Position numbers and translations under genes: made by a program. A stretch of DNA of 64,000 nucleotides from Planctomycetota bacterium. Its GTDB lineage: Bacteria > Planctomycetota > UBA8742 > UBA2392. The notes beneath the pieces were generated by a model. The model saw only the letters and a list, made by a program, of their open reading frames with translations. It was not told the origin of the DNA and made no database searches. Location of the stretch: contig JAMQHL010000020.1 of assembly GCA_025993795.1 (NCBI GenBank), forward strand, positions 12,471-76,470, given 5' to 3'. Each line of letters starts with the position of its first letter. Position 1 is the first letter of the stretch. Positions 27,284 through 35,204 of the stretch are shown here, one piece after another.

Positions 27284-28378
27284 CTACTCGGCGTCGTCGC
27301 GGTGCAGGTTGGCTGCACTCTGGGCTGCGGCCTCCGCCACGACCTCGGCGCGTTTGGCAAGTTCTGCCGCGCTGGCCAGAATCTTTGTCTTTTCCCGGTG
27401 AGACAGCAGATACCCCTTTTGCAGGTTGGGGTAGATCATCTCGTTGAACATCTTGCTGCTCTCAGCCAGAAATTCGCTGTACGTGCTCAGGTACTCGTGC
27501 CACGCCAGCTTGCCCGGGCTCAGACGCCCCAGCAGCCCCGCCTTTTCCTTGGACTTCTCTTCGATCTTCAACGGGTCAAGCCGCTTCACGATGGCGTCGA
27601 GCACCTGCTGCATGCCAGCCAGCAGGCCCATCTGGTGCTGGGCAATATCCTTGGTGGCGCGCTCAAGGCTGTCTTTGACCTCGTGCAACGGCGGCTGCAG
27701 CTTCCAGTCCACGGGAAAGCGCTTGAACTGGGCAAGTTCCTGCTTTGACTTCATGGGGTTGGCTTCGCGCTGGAACGCCATGGTGACGCTGGCGTCGAAT
27801 TCGCCCTCGAACTGCTTGCGCTGCGACAGCGCGCTGAACAGCCCCTCAAGCAGGATGTCGAGGCTCATGCGGATCATCTCGCCGAACAGCTTGACCTGTT
27901 CGGGCGACGTGAACTCGCCCTCGCCCACGAAGAACTTCGAGACCGCCTGCAATGACTCCAGCGCCGCCCTTTCGCGCGGGTCAGAGCCAACTGCCGGCAC
28001 GCGGCCGCTGGTGTTGTTGCCCTTGCGAATGGCGTCCTGCTTGTCTTCGGCGCGCTCGTCCAGCACCACGCGGATGACTTCCAGCTCGACGGTGCCCATC
28101 TTGATTACGTCGGTTTCGTTCAGCGGGTGGGTGCTGCCGGGCGGAACAATGGCGTCGTTCAGCAGGGTGCCGTTACGCGAGCCCAGATCGACCAGAAGGT
28201 AACCGCCTTCGCGACGCTCAAGCCGGACATGCTGGCGCGAGACCCGAACTTCGTCGCCGGGCAGGACGAGGTCGCACTCCGGCGAGCGGCCGACCAGGAT
28301 TTTGCTGCGCGTGAAGGTGTGCTCGGAAACCTCCGTGGTGCTGCCGCGCGGCACTCGAACCACGATACGGATGGGCAT
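27284..28378 (-). CDS. tagH: FHA-domain protein, TagH/Fha-like (paralog 1), first gene of the T6SS array
   Basis: Clear FHA domain (ILVGRSPECDLVLPGDEVRVSRQHVRLERREGGYLLVDLGSRNGTLLND). The C-terminal domain is shared with the next gene. Confidence 0.8.
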   Translation of the reverse strand: MPIRIVVRVPRGSTTEVSEHTFTRSKILVGRSPECDLVLPGDEVRVSRQHVRLERREGGYLLVDLGSRNGTLLNDAIVPPGSTHPLNETDVIKMGTVELEVIRVVLDERAEDKQDAIRKGNNTSGRVPAVGSDPRERAALESLQAVSKFFVGEGEFTSPEQVKLFGEMIRMSLDILLEGLFSALSQRKQFEGEFDASVTMAFQREANPMKSKQELAQFKRFPVDWKLQPPLHEVKDSLERATKDIAQHQMGLLAGMQQVLDAIVKRLDPLKIEEKSKEKAGLLGRLSPGKLAWHEYLSTYSEFLAESSKMFNEMIYPNLQKGYLLSHREKTKILASAAELAKRAEVVAEAAAQSAANLHRDDAE

Positions 28379-28399
28379 CAGCAGGCTTCCGCTAGTGTA

Positions 28400-28430
28400 A
28401 ACACAGCATTCATAGTGCGTTGGCTGTGTT
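28400..28430. promoter_or_regulatory. Inverted repeat (candidate operator) 22-52 nt upstream of the first T6SS gene
   Basis: aacacagc (28400-28407) and gctgtgtt (28423-28430) form a perfect 8-bp inverted repeat with a 15-nt spacer. On the minus strand a TTGACG hexamer (28432-28437) lies directly upstream. Confidence 0.35.
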
Positions 28431-28577
28431 ACCCGTCAAGCACGGTCCGCGAGCCTGAGGATACCACAGCGATGGAACACTTGGACGGCGGGAGACTTGC
28501 AAACATGCGCCGGGAGACGATGAAGGCTGTCGCCCAGCCGGATATAGTTCTTTTTGCAATATTCTGGAGCACCCCAA

Positions 28578-28739
28578 ATGGCGCGCGAGAAACCCAAGTT
28601 CAAAGACAAGTTTCGCCACCAGCCGACACCGGGTGACGTGCGTTGCGACTGTGGGGCTTTGCTGTTCAAGGCTTTGGGGCCAGTTGTCCTTGAGGTTAAG
28701 TGCCGGCGCTGTGGTTCCACTTGGCAATTTCGACCTTGA
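28578..28739 (+). CDS. Mu Com-like zinc-ribbon protein (53 aa)
   Basis: VRCDCGALLFKALGPVVLEVKCRRCGSTW matches the Com pattern (C.xC..LLFKA......IEIKCPRCG). GGAG lies about 9 nt before ATG 28578. The track ORF starts earlier, at TTG 28554. Confidence 0.6.
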   Translation: MAREKPKFKDKFRHQPTPGDVRCDCGALLFKALGPVVLEVKCRRCGSTWQFRP

Positions 28740-28763
28740 CTGTAATCTTTCAAAATGTAATAT
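28736..28763 (+). promoter_or_regulatory. Near-consensus sigma-70 promoter (TTGACT-N16-TAATAT)
   Basis: TTGACT at 28736-28741 and TAATAT at 28758-28763, in an AT-rich patch. It overlaps the Com-like stop codon and lies 58 nt upstream of ATG 28821. Confidence 0.5.
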
Positions 28764-28820
28764 GCATAAATCTGAGGCCGGAACCTCTCGAAGGTCGGAG
28801 CCCTACCCGACCGAGGTCCC

Positions 28821-29168
28821 ATGCATTGCGACAAATGCCCCCTGCGGGCCAACTGCACCCAGCCCTGCGAAGCTGTTGAAACAATGCTTCCCGACGAGCA
28901 ACACGGCCGCATCCACGGCCTGCATCGCAAGGATGCGGCAGACTATGCTCGCTACCTTGCCAGCGAAATCCAGGCTGCGCGCGCCCTTACTGACTATCGT
29001 TCGATACTGCGCGGCCGCATGCAGGCTGTGTTCGACCTGACCTACATCCACGCGATGCCGCAAGAGGAAATTGCGCGGCACCTCGGCATCGGGCGCCGTG
29101 CGGTCAGCCATTACCTGGTGCGTGCCCGCCGCAAGATCTCCGAGCACATTTTTGGCCGCAGGTGCTAG
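28821..29168 (+). CDS. Stand-alone sigma-70 region-4-like HTH protein with an N-terminal four-Cys cluster (115 aa)
   Basis: The C-terminal half LTYIHAMPQEEIARHLGIGRRAVSHYLVRARRKI is a sigma region 4 / LuxR-type HTH. The N-terminus is C-x2-C-x5-C-x3-C. A GAGG RBS is present. Confidence 0.6.
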   Translation: MHCDKCPLRANCTQPCEAVETMLPDEQHGRIHGLHRKDAADYARYLASEIQAARALTDYRSILRGRMQAVFDLTYIHAMPQEEIARHLGIGRRAVSHYLVRARRKISEHIFGRRC

Positions 29169-29178
29169 ATTCCCAAAT

Positions 29179-29643
29179 ATGGAAAAGCAGATCGCTGACA
29201 CTGTGCGCAGCATGGGCATCTTTGTGGGATCAACCGCCTTCATGGTGGCGGCTTTCGGCATTGCCGGCGCTGTCTACGGCCCAGTCGGCGAGGTCGGAGG
29301 CGACCTCGTTAACATCATCCGTTATGGACAACTGGCGTTGGCAGTGATGGCGGCTGTACAGGCCTCCGTCATGAACCGGGCCGTCACGGCAAAGCTTGAC
29401 CTGGCAGAAACGATGGAAGCCAAACTGGCCACGTACAAAGCCCGGACCATCATCGTGGTTGCCAGTGTCGAGGCCGCGGCCCTGTTTGCCGGCATTGCGG
29501 TGCTGTTGACGGGCCTGCAAGCGCTGATGCTTCCGGCGTTTGTGCTGTTTGGCGTGGTGGTGGCCATGACGTTCCCGACGCAGGCAAGGGTCAGAAAGGC
29601 GCTGTCCGACGCTACGCCTGCTGGGAAAGACCGTTATGCGTGA
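29179..29643 (+). CDS. Small integral membrane protein (about 4 TM helices), unknown function
   Basis: Internal ATG at 29179 follows the stop of the upstream gene. Hydrophobic segments alternate with short loops. The track ORF start at 29071 overlaps the previous gene in another frame. Confidence 0.5.
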   Translation: MEKQIADTVRSMGIFVGSTAFMVAAFGIAGAVYGPVGEVGGDLVNIIRYGQLALAVMAAVQASVMNRAVTAKLDLAETMEAKLATYKARTIIVVASVEAAALFAGIAVLLTGLQALMLPAFVLFGVVVAMTFPTQARVRKALSDATPAGKDRYA

Positions 29644-29714
29644 TGCTGTTTCCGGGTTGCGGTTTGTCGCCCGATGCTGCACAAGGCTGGCATTGGACCC
29701 TGCGAAAGGAACCC

Positions 29715-30047
29715 ATGACCGGCGAGATTGTGTTTGCGATGTACCGGCCCTATGCCGCGACTTCACGCAAGGCCATGCTGGAGTTGATCCAGCAGCATAA
29801 CACCACGCTGCGCGTCGAAGAGCTGATCACCGACCGACCCGCGATTCTGGCCGAAGCCGAAGACGGAACCTTCATCGAGATTTTTGAATGGAAGCCGGGC
29901 GCGGCCCAGAAAGCCCACGATCACAAAGCCGTCCAGAAACTCTGGAAGCGCATGGAAGAGCTGGGTGAGTTTTCGGCGCTGATCAGCCTGGCGGAATCCG
30001 AAAAGCCGTTCCCGCACTTCAAGCCCGTAGACGGCGTGGTGACCTAG
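29715..30047 (+). CDS. Hypothetical protein, possibly dimeric alpha/beta-barrel (ABM-like), 110 aa
   Basis: AAAGGAA RBS before ATG 29715. The segment IEIFEWKPGAAQKAHDHKAVQKLW is reminiscent of ABM-domain proteins. The assignment is weak. Confidence 0.35.
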   Translation: MTGEIVFAMYRPYAATSRKAMLELIQQHNTTLRVEELITDRPAILAEAEDGTFIEIFEWKPGAAQKAHDHKAVQKLWKRMEELGEFSALISLAESEKPFPHFKPVDGVVT

Positions 30048-31360
30048 TCGCGTTTGCGCTGGTGCTCAGCCATGCGCTCAAGCATGTCGCGCAGCATGCG
30101 CTTGAACTGGCGCATGGCTTCAGGGTCTTCTTCAAGAGCCTGCTCGAACTCTTTGATCATGCGCAGCTCATTGACTGCGATGTCGTCTTCGGTTGTGCCC
30201 TCGCCCAAGATGTCGGCGATGCGCGCAAAGGCCTCAATCTCTTTTTCGCCGGCTTCTTCGAAGAAGCCGTGCTTGAGCAGCAGCTTCAGGATGTACGAGT
30301 GCTTGGCGCGTTCATCGGGGCGTGAAAGCACGCCCTTGAGCAGCTTGTCCCACTGCCCCCACTGTTCACTGGTGATTTCGTCAAAGCGCTTGCCCAGCAG
30401 GTTCTTCAGTTCCAGCTTGATTGCGTCGGCGCGGCCGTCGATGACCCATGCCTCCAGTCCCGCGTCTTCACAGGCGGCGACACTTACGCCGTTGTCACGA
30501 ATCGTGGCGCACTGCCGGTAGCCGACTGCCATCTCGCCGACCGTTGCGCCGCCGTAGCTTGGAGACGCGACATAGCCTTCGGGCGTGCTGCGCAGGCTCA
30601 AACCACCCCGATCAACGCTGACCTTGACCTGGTCAACCTTGCTGCGCACCTTCGTCTGCGCCCAGCTTTCGAGGTAGATGTCGCCGTCCATCGGCTCAAC
30701 GTCGGGCACGCCATCGGCGTCGACATCCGAAAGCCGCACGCGCGCACCCTTCTGCAACACCACTGCACCCTTGCCCAACTGCAAGGTGGCGTGTGAATCG
30801 GCTGGGGCCCGCACTTGCGCGGGCAAGGAAAGCTGGCCGTCCATGCCGCGATTGCGGGTTACGTTTCCGCCGGCGTCCGTGAATTCGATCTCGCCGCTGC
30901 TGACCGCCACAACCCGGGCCATGGGTGTTTCCACCACCGGGCCCGTCTTGTCGTCAGGGGACACCGCACCGTGATCCCCCTTGTCGTGGTCGGCGACATA
31001 CGGCTTCGCTTCCGGCACGCCAGCTTCGTTGAACACCACTGCGGTAATGCCGGTGCCCAACGCAAGCAGCACCGCTGCCGCGGCAATCCACGGCGTCCAG
31101 CGCCGGGTCGGCAACTGGATAACCGGCGCCTCGACTTCGCGCAAAACCCTTTCACGAAAGTCCGCAGGCAGCCGGAAGCTGTCCGAAAGCAAAGCCACCA
31201 TGCTGTGCACGGGCCGCAGGCGCGCCTGAAATGCGCGCAATTCGGGGTCTGCCTCAAGGGCAGAGTCAAGCTGCGTGCGCTCAGCAGGCGACAGGTCGCC
31301 GTCCAGACTGCGCGAGCAAAGCAGCTCAAGTTCTTCGCGGTTATGGTTTGTTTCCGGCAT
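30044..31360 (-). CDS. Anti-sigma factor, single TM helix, large extracytoplasmic domain (438 aa)
   Basis: N-terminal anti-sigma-like helix region, TM helix WTPWIAAAAVLLALGTGITAVVF, and position directly downstream of the ECF sigma gene. Confidence 0.7.
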   Translation of the reverse strand: MPETNHNREELELLCSRSLDGDLSPAERTQLDSALEADPELRAFQARLRPVHSMVALLSDSFRLPADFRERVLREVEAPVIQLPTRRWTPWIAAAAVLLALGTGITAVVFNEAGVPEAKPYVADHDKGDHGAVSPDDKTGPVVETPMARVVAVSSGEIEFTDAGGNVTRNRGMDGQLSLPAQVRAPADSHATLQLGKGAVVLQKGARVRLSDVDADGVPDVEPMDGDIYLESWAQTKVRSKVDQVKVSVDRGGLSLRSTPEGYVASPSYGGATVGEMAVGYRQCATIRDNGVSVAACEDAGLEAWVIDGRADAIKLELKNLLGKRFDEITSEQWGQWDKLLKGVLSRPDERAKHSYILKLLLKHGFFEEAGEKEIEAFARIADILGEGTTEDDIAVNELRMIKEFEQALEEDPEAMRQFKRMLRDMLERMAEHQRKRD

Positions 31361-31397
31361 GGCGATCTGTCCTCGAACCCGGACTCATGGTCCGCAA

Positions 31398-31946
31398 CTA
31401 GTCATTGCCGGGATCAAAATCTTTCAGCTTTTCTGAAAGTGCCTTCCTTGCACGCAGCAGAATCATGTGAACAGCCCCCTCGGAAACCCCCAACTCCTCG
31501 CCAATGGCTTTACCACGCTGTTTGTCGAAGTAATGCATCATCAGGGCGGTGCGGTAATTATCCGGCAGGTCGTCGATCGCCTGGCGCACGGCATTCAGCT
31601 GTTCGTTGCTGGCAAGCGCCCCCAAGCCATCTTCCCGACCGTCCTGGGCACCCTGCAGCAGGTCGATGTTCGCGATCTCTTTCTTGCGCCGGCGTAGCAG
31701 ATTGATGCCGATGCCGATCACCCAGGAGCGGAAACTGGCCGGCTTTTCCAGCCTGGAAAGTGTCGTAAATGCCGTAACAAAAGCGTCTTGCGTAACTTCC
31801 TGCGCCCGGCCGGGGTCGCCACACCGGGACAGCAGATGGCCAAACACGCCATCCTGGTAACGCTCCATCAGCGCCGCGAAAGATTCACGGTCGCCGCGGC
31901 AGGCTTTGCCGACCAGCGTGGCAGTTTCGGGTTGGAAATCACCCAT
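31398..31946 (-). CDS. ECF-type RNA polymerase sigma factor (182 aa)
   Basis: Region 2 (AQEVTQDAFVTAF) and region 4 (LPDNYRTALMMHYFDKQRGKAIGEELGVSEGAVHMILLRARKAL). I use internal ATG 31946; the track ORF extends to 32252. Confidence 0.85.
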   Translation of the reverse strand: MGDFQPETATLVGKACRGDRESFAALMERYQDGVFGHLLSRCGDPGRAQEVTQDAFVTAFTTLSRLEKPASFRSWVIGIGINLLRRRKKEIANIDLLQGAQDGREDGLGALASNEQLNAVRQAIDDLPDNYRTALMMHYFDKQRGKAIGEELGVSEGAVHMILLRARKALSEKLKDFDPGND

Positions 31947-32067
31947 GGGCGCTTCTGGTCCCCGGACTGGTGGGTTGCTCACGCCTTCTAGCAGACGGGC
32001 GGACTTCGGCAAACCCGACGCCAGCCGAGCCAGGCCGCAGAATAAGTTGGAAGGGAATGGAAAAGCT

Positions 32068-32092
32068 GACGGCTCTTCCCCCGTCAACTTCC
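32068..32092 (-). promoter_or_regulatory. Candidate ECF-type promoter (GGAAGTT-N-CGTC) upstream of the ECF sigma gene
   Basis: The minus strand reads GGAAGTTgacgggggaagagcCGTCA, with GAAG-N16-CGTC spacing. It lies about 125 nt upstream of ATG 31946. Confidence 0.3.
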
Positions 32093-32153
32093 TCGGATAC
32101 GCCAATGCCCCGGTGGTGATTCGTGCGGCCTGACTTGCTATCTTTGCTTGCCC

Positions 32154-32684
32154 ATGCGACAGGCTGCGATGCTTACTGCCACAGAACCATCTTCCGCACA
32201 GGCGCCCGCTGAAATCCCAGTGGACGCCCCTGAGCGCGCACCGCGCATGCATCTGCGGGTAGAGACCCTGAAAAGCCGCTTCCCGTCACCGTGGGAGATG
32301 TACTCGTTGTTCCTGCTCACGGGCGCAGCGATTTATATTCCGCTGTCGTTCGTCACCCGCTGGCTGCCGCCGGTCCACAGCCCGCTGCGCTATCTCGGCA
32401 CGGCCTGCCCGTTCTGTGGCGGCACACGGGCGGTAACTGCGCTGTTTGTCGGACAGCCGCTGCTGGCACTGAAATACAACCCCCTGGCAATCGGGTTTCT
32501 GGCCTTTCTGGTCTGGGGCGCGTTCAGCTGGTTCGCACTGGTGCTGCCCCGCCGCAAGCGCGTGGTGCTTGTCGCGACAAAACAACAGCGGCGCATGCTT
32601 TGGGCGGCATTTGTGCTGGCCTGTCTTGCGAACTGGGCATACATAGTCTGGTCCGGCATGTACGAAGTGCCGCTGGTTCTCTGA
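32154..32684 (+). CDS. DUF2752 family membrane protein
   Basis: The CPFCGGTRA motif followed by TM helices is typical of DUF2752. The start is uncertain: TTG 32148, ATG 32154 or ATG 32247. Confidence 0.7.
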   Translation: MRQAAMLTATEPSSAQAPAEIPVDAPERAPRMHLRVETLKSRFPSPWEMYSLFLLTGAAIYIPLSFVTRWLPPVHSPLRYLGTACPFCGGTRAVTALFVGQPLLALKYNPLAIGFLAFLVWGAFSWFALVLPRRKRVVLVATKQQRRMLWAAFVLACLANWAYIVWSGMYEVPLVL

Positions 32685-32697
32685 TCATCATCCCGGG

Positions 32698-33969
32698 TTG
32701 AAAATCGTGGCTGAACTGGCCTACACCGTACTCGCACGTAAATACCGCCCGCGGACATTTTCCGACCTCGTGGGCCAGCCGCACATCGTTACGGCGTTGA
32801 GCAACGCAATCACCACCAACCGCGTGGCGCAGGCGTTTCTGCTGACCGGCTCGCGTGGCACCGGCAAGACAACCACGGCGCGGCTGCTGGCCAGCGCGCT
32901 GAACTGCCCCAACCGCAAAGGGGCCGAGCCCTGCGGCGAGTGCGCAAGCTGCATGGATATCACCAATGGCGAAGATCTGGACGTGACCGAGATGGACGCC
33001 GCAAGCAACAGCCGCGTTGACGACATTCGTGACCGCCTCGCATCGGTTTCAACACGACCGGCGCGTGGGCGCTATCGCGTGTTCATCATTGACGAAGTAC
33101 ACATGCTTTCGACCAGCGCGTTCAACGCCCTGCTCAAGACCGTCGAAGAGCCGCCGGCGCACGTGAAGTTCATCCTGGCGACGACGAACCCCGAGAAGAT
33201 CCCCGAGACAATTCTGTCGCGCTGCCAGCGTTACGATTTCCGGCGCGTGACGATGAACGAGATCGTCACCCGGCTTGAAGAGATCTGCGCCGCAGAGAGC
33301 GCAACCCCCGGCCAAGGCCTGCTGCGGGCCGTCGCCGAGATGGTTGAGGGCGGCATGCGCGACGCGCTTTCGCGTCTGGACCAACTGTTCGCGTTCTGCG
33401 GGCTTGCGCCGAAACTCGAAGATGCCGAGCGCGTTTTCGGTCTCGTCAGCCGTCCCAAGCTGCTGACACTGCTGGAAGCGCTTGTTGCCGGAGATGCCAA
33501 GGCGGGCATCCTGTTCGCTGAAGAAGTGTTCGACAGCGGCAAGGATGTTGCCGAGGTGCTGGCGAGCTTGGTGTCGCTGACCCGCACGCTACTGATGGTC
33601 GCCGCCAGCGGTGGTGACAGCATGGGGCTGGATGTGCCTTCAGACGAGCTGCCGCGTCTCAAGACTGTGGCGGATCGCTTTGGCATACATGGACTTGTGT
33701 ACGTCGCCGAACTGTTGACCGACTGCCGAAACCGCGTGCGCCGGGCCGCCTTTCCGCGCGTGGTTGTAGAGACAACACTGGTCAAGCTGGCACTGGTAGG
33801 CCGTCTGGAATCTTTAGAGAATCTTCTGTCACGCCTGGATTCAGCCGCAGACGTGCCCGTAACGCGAGTAGAGTCACCTGTGGCTGAAGACGCGCCCGGG
33901 AAGCGCGAAATGAGCGAAAAGGAGCAGGCGGCGGTAGATGCACTCAAACGTAAGTTCGGTGCGCGTTAG
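32698..33969 (+). CDS. dnaX: DNA polymerase III subunit gamma/tau (short form, 423 aa)
   Basis: ARKYRPRTFSDLVGQPH...LLTGSRGTGKTTTARLLA...CGECASC...FIIDEVHMLS. Confidence 0.93.
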   Translation: MKIVAELAYTVLARKYRPRTFSDLVGQPHIVTALSNAITTNRVAQAFLLTGSRGTGKTTTARLLASALNCPNRKGAEPCGECASCMDITNGEDLDVTEMDAASNSRVDDIRDRLASVSTRPARGRYRVFIIDEVHMLSTSAFNALLKTVEEPPAHVKFILATTNPEKIPETILSRCQRYDFRRVTMNEIVTRLEEICAAESATPGQGLLRAVAEMVEGGMRDALSRLDQLFAFCGLAPKLEDAERVFGLVSRPKLLTLLEALVAGDAKAGILFAEEVFDSGKDVAEVLASLVSLTRTLLMVAASGGDSMGLDVPSDELPRLKTVADRFGIHGLVYVAELLTDCRNRVRRAAFPRVVVETTLVKLALVGRLESLENLLSRLDSAADVPVTRVESPVAEDAPGKREMSEKEQAAVDALKRKFGAR

Positions 33970-34049
33970 GCAAAATTGACGACATATCCAGTCTTGTCTT
34001 GCGAATGGTTAACCAGTCATTTATATGTTTTGGCACTCCGGGAGAGGTC

Positions 34050-34370
34050 ATGGCAGGTCTAGGTAACTTCAGCGATCTAATGAAGCAGGCCCAGCGCATG
34101 CAACGCGACATGGGCAAAATTCAGGAAGAGTTGAAAGAGCGCTACGTTGAGGGCTCGGCAGGCGACGGCTTGATCAAGGTCATCTGCTCAGGTGCTACCG
34201 AACTGGTGAAAATTGAGATTTCGAAAGACGCCGTAGACATGGACGACCTTTCGCTTCTCGAAGACCTGGTGATCGCCGCAGTGAATGCCGGCATGAAAAA
34301 AGCCGAGGAACTGCGCCAGGCAGAGATGGCCAAGGTGACCGGAGGCATGAGTTTCCCCGGGATGTTTTGA
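34050..34370 (+). CDS. ybaB: Nucleoid-associated protein YbaB/EbfC
   Basis: NFSDLMKQAQRMQRDMGKIQEEL...GDGLIKV...DLVIAAVN. GGAGAGG RBS before ATG 34050. Confidence 0.9.
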   Translation: MAGLGNFSDLMKQAQRMQRDMGKIQEELKERYVEGSAGDGLIKVICSGATELVKIEISKDAVDMDDLSLLEDLVIAAVNAGMKKAEELRQAEMAKVTGGMSFPGMF

Positions 34371-34447
34371 CCTCATCGGGAAGGACAGCCACGGCTGGTT
34401 CGTTCACGATGAGGGCGTATTCGTTGGCCCCCGAAAGGAATCCTGAG

Positions 34448-35137
34448 ATGCACGCCACTGAGATGCTGAAAGAAATCCCGCTGTTCAAAGGCCTTTCCGA
34501 CGACACGCTTTCCAGGCTTGAGTCCGCCGCGAGCGTCAAGCGCCTGGAAGACGGCGAAGTGTACCTGGCCGCCGGCCAGCCACCGCGCGCCTTCTGTGTC
34601 GTGCTTTCTGGCCAACTCAAATTCTACCGCGTAAACAAAGCCGGCAAGGAGCAGGTATTCGGGTATGCCCGGCCCCAGGATGTGTTTGGACTCACCAGCC
34701 TGACCGACCCACATAAGGCGTCGCATGTCGATTGCCAGGCGCGCATCACCACAGAGGTGATCGAGATCGAGCTGCCGGTGATTCGCGAGGTGATGCACCG
34801 CGAGCCCGCACTTGCCGTGGCGATTCTCAAAGAGCAGAGCAAGCGTTACTCCAGCATGCTCGACCTGGTTGACCAGCTCAGCCTGAAAGACGCCCACAAC
34901 CGGCTTGCAAAGTGGCTGGACAGCTGGATCGTGCTCAACCACGCCGACTCGGGCGAGAATGAACTGATGATCGTGCTGCCCTACACGCAAAGCGAAATCG
35001 CCGCGCAGATCGGCACCGTGCGTGAAGTGGTCAGCCGCGGTTTCAGCCGCATGGAAAAAGACGGCATCCTCAAGGCCAGCGGCAAGCGCGTGACGATTCT
35101 GTCGCGCAAGCGCCTGCGCCAGATGTCAGAGAGTTAA
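34448..35137 (+). CDS. Crp/Fnr family transcriptional regulator
   Basis: cNMP-binding-like N-domain (LKEIPLFKGLSDDTL...) and a C-terminal HTH (QSEIAAQIGTVREVVSRGFSRMEKDGIL). Confidence 0.85.
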   Translation: MHATEMLKEIPLFKGLSDDTLSRLESAASVKRLEDGEVYLAAGQPPRAFCVVLSGQLKFYRVNKAGKEQVFGYARPQDVFGLTSLTDPHKASHVDCQARITTEVIEIELPVIREVMHREPALAVAILKEQSKRYSSMLDLVDQLSLKDAHNRLAKWLDSWIVLNHADSGENELMIVLPYTQSEIAAQIGTVREVVSRGFSRMEKDGILKASGKRVTILSRKRLRQMSES

Positions 35138-35156
35138 GCCAACCGTGATCGCTCAC

Positions 35157-35196
35157 GCACACGGGCCGGGGGAAACCCCGGCCCGTGTGCTTTCGT
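35157..35196. terminator. Strong bidirectional hairpin terminator between convergent crp-like and batA-like genes
   Basis: Perfect 15-bp stem (35157-35171 / 35176-35190) with a GAAA tetraloop, followed by tttcgt. Confidence 0.75.
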
Positions 35197-35204
35197 ACAG
35201 GCGG

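Noticed and set aside
28496-28514. Sigma-54-like motif GGCGC-N4-TTGCA on the minus strand upstream of the first T6SS gene.
   Set aside because: GG-to-GC spacing is one nucleotide short of the strict -24/-12 geometry.
28436-28930. 164-aa minus-strand ORF spanning the T6SS upstream region and the Com-like/HTH genes.
   Set aside because: It overlaps two better-supported plus-strand ORFs and the AT-rich promoter. No RBS and no recognisable motif.
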